Both the position numbers and the translations under genes were made by a program. A stretch of DNA of 64,000 nt. Source: Eledone cirrhosa. Lineage: Eukaryota. Position 1 is the first letter of the stretch; each line of letters begins with the position of its first letter. The stretch is from assembly GCA_964016885.1 (NCBI GenBank), contig OZ024745.1:59210001-59274000 (forward strand), written 5' to 3'. Below are positions 56,871 through 64,000 of this stretch, piece after piece. The notes beneath the pieces were generated by a model that worked only from the letters and a program-made list of their open reading frames with translations, did no database searches and was not told the DNA's origin.

Positions 56871-57765
56871 TATCTATGTACTTGTTTATATACAAATACA
56901 ATGAGAAAAGGGGAGCACGGAGAAATATGAAGTAAGGAGAGTATATATATACATATTATATATATATATATGTATTTATGTATTTATGTTATATTACTCA
57001 ATACCGAGTACTCATTTCTCTCAGCTGTCAACCACATCCGGATATATGTATATTAAGGTGGCCCTTTAATTTTCCGATAGTTAAAATTTTGCTGCTCCCA
57101 CAGCGAAAAATAGGTGTTTGCCCTATACCTGCGCTCGGTCCCCAGCTTTGCAAGTTGCCTTCCCCATTATATTTATTGTCACTTATCCTAATAACAAGAA
57201 TAAGTCTGAACAAGTTTTTAATTTAAGAGAAAATTATATAAAATTATATCTGAAAAAATGACTTTCTGTGTTTCTCTCTTTCTCTCTTACTGCTCCCTCG
57301 TTCTCTCTGTTTCTCTTACTTTCTTTCGTCCCCTCTGTCATGTCAGTTAACACTTTCTCTCTACTGATCTCTTCCTCGCACTTCCACTCACTCACTCTCT
57401 GTTTCTCCCCTTCTTACTTCCTCCCGTCCGCTACGAACCCGATTTTCCTTCTTTCTCACATCGGATTCACTAGCGAAAGGTCTGTTTCTGACTCGCTCAT
57501 GTATTCACCCAGCTTATACTGACAGAATAACCATGTTGCTTGTGTTTCTTTCCATCTTCGGTTAGCTTTGCCCTGTGTTGTTTACTTGTCTCACTCGCTT
57601 TACGCGTTTCAATTGTCCCAATAACTTATTTTAGTTATTGTCGCACCAACGTGAGGTATATGATTTTTAATGCGATGAAATACCAATGATCGTTGGCAAA
57701 TCACTGATGAGGGACTCATTTTATAACATGTAATCCATGTGCAACCATGCAGTATTCTTCTTCCC

Positions 57766-58900
<1,135 letters not shown>

Positions 58901-60666
58901 ATAAAGTATGTCCAGAGAATCATCCGATAAAATATATACACCATCTCCTCTCCCAATTAGCATAATCAACCACACAAAAAAAAACAATTAAACCAGGCTA
59001 TAAGAAGAAATAATAGATAAATAAACGACAGTCATTATCTTCATACACTTTGCTTCAAAACTCTCCATTGCTCTCTATATAGACATTCATGAAATTATTT
59101 TCATTATTCCACATGCACACAAAATTAACCTGTCACTTGTATCCTTTGACCTTTGCTTGCACAACTATACAATTATTTTCCCTATTCCTATACGTACACA
59201 CATACAGAACTTTGTCACCTGCCTCTGTTGACATCATGTTATGCACAGATACAATTATGTTCACTATCCCCTCTCCCCTACAAATTTTGTCCTTTGTGTT
59301 CATTAGCCTAGTGACATATCAATACAAATAGTGAACTGTCCTCACCTCATATTTCTCTATATATTTTCGCTACTGTCTGAACTCCTTAGTTGAAAAAAAA
59401 TGTTACTGCAGCGCCGGAATGCTCTCCTCACTACAGCATACGAATTCATCCGAATTTATATATATAACTTGTTCTTGTTTGTATTTTGCACGTTTAAAAT
59501 TAGTATATTCCGGAAAGCTTTTATTATATTCTATTATTAAATGTGTAATTATACGCCCGATAACAATAAATATAGCTGAAATTGGTAATAAACTTGGAAA
59601 AGATGGTCCTCTGGACTGAAGCAATTGCTGTTTAAAGACATTATCTGTTGTTTTGAAGATATAACTGTTGCATTCTACTTCTACAAATCAGCTACTTTAC
59701 CAATAAAAAGAGGTAAATGAGAAAATCGAAATTGCTTATCTATCGTCAAGGGATAAAATAATTTATATTCTAGGAAACCAATCAAATATTGTAAAATATA
59801 AATTTATTGAATCTAAGAAATTATGGAAAGAAGAGTGCATTGCTGAAAGATAGCTAAAATTCAATTAGGCATCTCAGTAAGGAACTTGTGATTTCAACTA
59901 ATGAGCAGTTAGGTGGATTTACTAGCAAGTTTATGGTTGAATATAAAAATGTTTGAGTCGAGATTAAATTTAATAGATTTGGTGTTCAAGAGGTTTGACA
60001 AGTGTTTAGGAACGTGCAGTAAATGAAAGAAGTAATTTGAATTCATATTTGCAGACAATGAAGAATTGTTATGCAAATATGTAGCATTTAATGCTGACGT
60101 AGATAGAATCGACATAACAATTTAGTCAAAAGTACAGATTACAACATAGCTATACACACGAATGAAATTACACATCTATAAACATACATGATGGCTGCAA
60201 CTTGATTTCGAGTAATGCCATCGCATGAGCATCACAGACGTGGCTTTTTAGTACTGCTAGAGACTTGCCAGTGGCCAGAAATAACATGCATCGCATCAAA
60301 TGTCACATATCAAGCGATGCCTGTGCTTGAAGCTTTTTTAAGTGAGGAGTTGAGATGGAGAGTCTGTGGTTTTTCTCACATCTGTGAGAAAAACCACAGA
60401 CCCTCCATCTCAACTCTACTTTTGAAAAGCAGAAGAACTGCGAAACCGGTAAAGGAACCAAATAAATATATATTTATTTTAAAAAAAATAAGACTCCAGT
60501 TGCATTTTCGATTTCATCTTTTTTTCTTTATATATATATATATAGTAGCTAATACTAATTAAAAAGTTATTTGTCTCTAATACTTAGATATCTCAATAAA
60601 AGGATAAATTATACAGATAAATTATTAACCTCGGAGAAGTAATTTAACATATACCTATGCCAATAC

Positions 60667-60861
60667 CTCAATTTGAGGCGATATAAGCCAGACCGACTAA
60701 AATAATTCTACCCTGAGACAGAATAATCCTTCCAGTATTGGTTGTACAATGTTTTACGATAGTTAATATTGTTTCTCTATTCCAGAAACCATCGTAGGAA
60801 GAAAATTATGTGTTAAACTGATTATCTTAGTCGGTCTGGCGTATATCTCGCTTAAAATGAG
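60667..60861. mobile_element. Degenerate MITE-like inverted repeat
   Basis: ATATAAGCCAGACCGACTAAAATAAT / ATTATCTTAGTCGGTCTGGCGTATAT. Confidence 0.6.
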
Positions 60862-60887
60862 ATTTTGATAAATTTGATGTCACACAC

Positions 60888-60957
<70 letters not shown>

Positions 60958-61201
60958 GGAGACACAAAGCAGGCTTTGTTTACAAACGGCTAGCGAATTT
61001 AAAAATTAGGTAGTAACATGTGCTTACACCGTATTTGACTACATAGAATTAGTCTGTTAGTTGGGATTTAAAAAACCCTCTAATTTTCAAATTCGCTAGC
61101 CGTTTGGAACCAAAGCCTGCTTTGTGTCTCCCTATTTATATACGTATATATATATCTGCTATCGTTATATAGATTCTAATTGAATATAATGAAGCATGGG
61201 T

Positions 61202-61272
61202 GGCGTGTTGGTGTAATGGTAGCACATTGGTCCGACAAACCAAAGATATGGATTTGTGTCCCATGTACGTCA
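61202..61272 (+). pseudogene. tRNA-like sequence (pseudo-tRNA or SINE head; anticodon GAC)
   Basis: Acceptor GGCGTGT/GTACGTC, D stem GTGT/GCAC, anticodon stem TTGGT/ACCAA, degenerate T arm; T-run follows. Confidence 0.6.
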
Positions 61273-61373
61273 ATACTCATTCTTTTTTTTTTTCATTCAG
61301 AGATTTTCTTTTTAAATCAGACTAATTCTATGTAGTCAAATACGGCGTAAGCACATGTTACTGCCTAATTTGT

Positions 61374-61416
<43 letters not shown>

Positions 61417-61427
61417 TATATATATAC

Positions 61428-61471
<44 letters not shown>

Positions 61472-61536
61472 TTGTATATATATATATATATATATATATA
61501 TACTTGTATATATATATATATATATATATATATACT

Positions 61537-61575
<39 letters not shown>

Positions 61576-61576
61576 T

Positions 61577-61618
<42 letters not shown>

Positions 61619-61904
61619 ACTCTCCCGTCGATATCCGATGTATGAGTGTGTCCAACAAAAGTTAAATGTGAGAAAGTGAACTGATATTGAACAACCCACA
61701 CAAAGTTTTGTTTTAAGTGGTGAAGGCTTGTGTAGGACCAACTACACTTTTTGGAACTGACGACACATATCTTCGGTGTAAATGTTTGCCAGGGAAAATA
61801 TAACGACAGCCCTCAGCTTTTTATGCCTCGGAGTTTAACCTCTCCGTACATAAAAAAAAATAAAAGATAAAATTTGTTTAATAAAATGTTATATATATAT
61901 ATCC

Positions 61905-61972
<68 letters not shown>

Positions 61973-62180
61973 GAATATATATGTATATACGTATATATAT
62001 ATAAAATTCTTTTTAAAAATGTTATCTTTTATTTTTTTTAAAGCCTTCACCACTTAAAACAAAATTTTGTGTGGGTAGTTCAATATCAGTTCAATTTCTC
62101 ACATTTAACTTTTGTTGGACACTCATTCGTCGGATATCGACGGGAGAGTCCATCATATATATATATATATATCACTAGAG

Positions 62181-63893
62181 CACAGGTTCTCAACTCGTTT
62201 AGGCCAAAATCACGAAACGCCCTCCTACCCTATTTTTCCATTTTTCAATATACTACTGATTTTGATATCTGTAGATTACTAAAAAATTGATTAACAATAT
62301 TCCAAAGATACCATTGCAGGCAGCTGAGAGTAAAATACATTCCTTGAAAGGAAATATATCAATTTCAAAAAAAGGAACATAAATGTCTTTTTTATGAATA
62401 AAGACCAGTTGAATTTGTTATATTCCCACCAGGCGATACCAACTATTTTGAACATTTATACAAGAACAACTCTGTCTATCCATAGAGTGCTCTTATATGG
62501 AGGAAAGTGGCAATTACATCATTTCAAATCTTTCCAATTTCCCTTTAATGAAACAGACAGAATAAATGTTGATATCTAACTTGATGTCCCCTCTGCTTTG
62601 TGAGCTTAGAGACCACGGAAGAGGGTTTTCATGACCACGCGGGAGGGTATATTTATTAGTAAATGGTAAAATATATACAACAAATGAGTAAGTGAATTGT
62701 AGTAGATGGTTTCCAGTCCAGTCAGACTGCAACTACAAATAAAAAAAATTGTTAGTTTGCTTTGTGACAATAGCATATCCAAGTTTTCGGATAAATCAAC
62801 TTACTTTAACTTTGACCTCATTTTAATGGCACCCTTGAACTTTATGGAGTCTAGCTAACTCTTTGACGTCAGGCTGGATTTTCGTACGATGTAGCCGGAG
62901 ATCTCCACATGTAATTACATTGTAGCGGTTGCGAGCCTTACTGTGCAGTCTGGAAACAGCAGCAAACCTCCTCTTGACTAAGTATGAGCTTGGAAAAGGC
63001 AGAGCAAATCTCTTAGTCTCTGCATGTAGGTGTGGAAATCGACGCTGAATTTCCTCTTGCATCCAAAAAAGGGGTTCACCTATTTGGGGAAATCTAATTT
63101 TGATCATGTCATCTGCTTGAAGCTCAATGAATTCTTTCTGAAATTTAACGTCCAAATCATCGACGTTAGCTGTGAAGGGATCTGCTACCCACATTGGGAT
63201 GTCCATCGGCAAAAGGTCGACAAACCGTTTTCTCGTGTTGTCTAGTAGCGCACGGAGGTAAGCGGTATAAATTTGGAGTTGGTCATCGCTTACAATATTT
63301 TGAACATTGGCGACACTAGGAAAATTATAGAATTCCCCCGTCAACAAAGATTCTTTTCGATGACATTCAATTTGGTCAGGAATGTTTTCACAGCATTACT
63401 TGCTTTAAGCAAGGTGATCTTCTTCCCCTGCAAAGCCAAAATGACGCTATTGCATTTGTCGAAGATGTCGGTGAGGTAGGCGCAGTTTTGCCTCACATCG
63501 AGGGTTTTCTTGTACAGTTCTGTGTTGCGACCTCGCAGAAACTCAATGATAGAGTCAAACAGTTCAAAGAAGTGAGTAAGGCACTTGCCCTTTGAAAGCC
63601 ACCTCACTTCATTATGAAGGAGCAACTTGACGAATTCTTCGTCATTATCTTGGCACAGTTGCCGGAAAATTCGTTCATTGAGGGAATGACGTTTGATAAA
63701 ATTGATGACATCAATGGCCACCTGCAAGGACTTGCTCAGAGGCTTGCTGAGTTTCTTCACAGCCAAGTGTTGTCGATGAATGACACAATGAACAACAAAT
63801 ACAGATAGATTTTCTCTCTTCAGAAGAGTGACGAAACCCTTATGTTGGCCGACCATTGCTCTCGCGTCGTCCGTAGCACATGATACAATGTGT
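62181..63893 (-). mobile_element. hAT (Charlie/Buster, ZBED8/FAM200-like) transposon relic
   Basis: ORFs 63341-63856 and 62823-63347 with HCVIHRQHL, LLLHNEVRWLSKG, FPSSYLV..F.AV and GDLRL. TIR-like CACAGGTTCTCAAC at 62181 follows CACTAGAG (Charlie-type TAGA target). Confidence 0.88.
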
Positions 63894-64000
63894 GTTGTAT
63901 TTGGTCCTAGATGTATGTATTACCTGCCTGTGTGTTGTAGGTAGTCCTAGATGTATGTATTACCTGCTTATGTATTGCATGTGGTCCTAGATGTATGTAT
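63893..64000. repeat. ~41-bp tandem repeat GTCCTAGATGTATGTATTACCTGC..., runs off the window
   Basis: Three units visible. Confidence 0.85.

Noticed and set aside
59360-60560. Possible host exons in unique sequence
   Set aside because: No recognisable protein motif or convincing ORF or splice pattern.
61755-61800. CTGACGA CAC...GTG TAAA hammerhead candidate
   Set aside because: G12 is missing and there is no stem I or III.

Overview
Repeat-saturated, AT-rich eukaryotic DNA (intergenic or intronic). The dense (TA)n/(CT)n/(CA)n tracts and SINE families suggest a cephalopod (octopus-like) genome, but this is inference. I see no host protein-coding gene; nearly all long ORFs in the track are microsatellite artefacts. 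The real coding relics are a Penelope-like retroelement (Naiad type: YRDD RT, CxCx5Cx5C, GIY-YIG) inside a ~4.4-kb palindrome, CRE- and R4-like non-LTR fragments, three RTE-derived non-autonomous copies, and mariner and hAT transposase relics. There are also many SINEs, MITEs and satellites. The main result of the hunt is at least 8 type I hammerhead ribozyme (HHR) motifs from several sequence families, read by eye. They include a U3:A8 core variant, a copy with a branched loop II, and an HHR inside a ~440-bp tandem unit (retrozyme-like). They sit in small elements anchored in (TA)n tracts, many of which are fold-back palindromes whose turn-around points fall at or near HHR stem II. All folds were done by hand; activity is untested.
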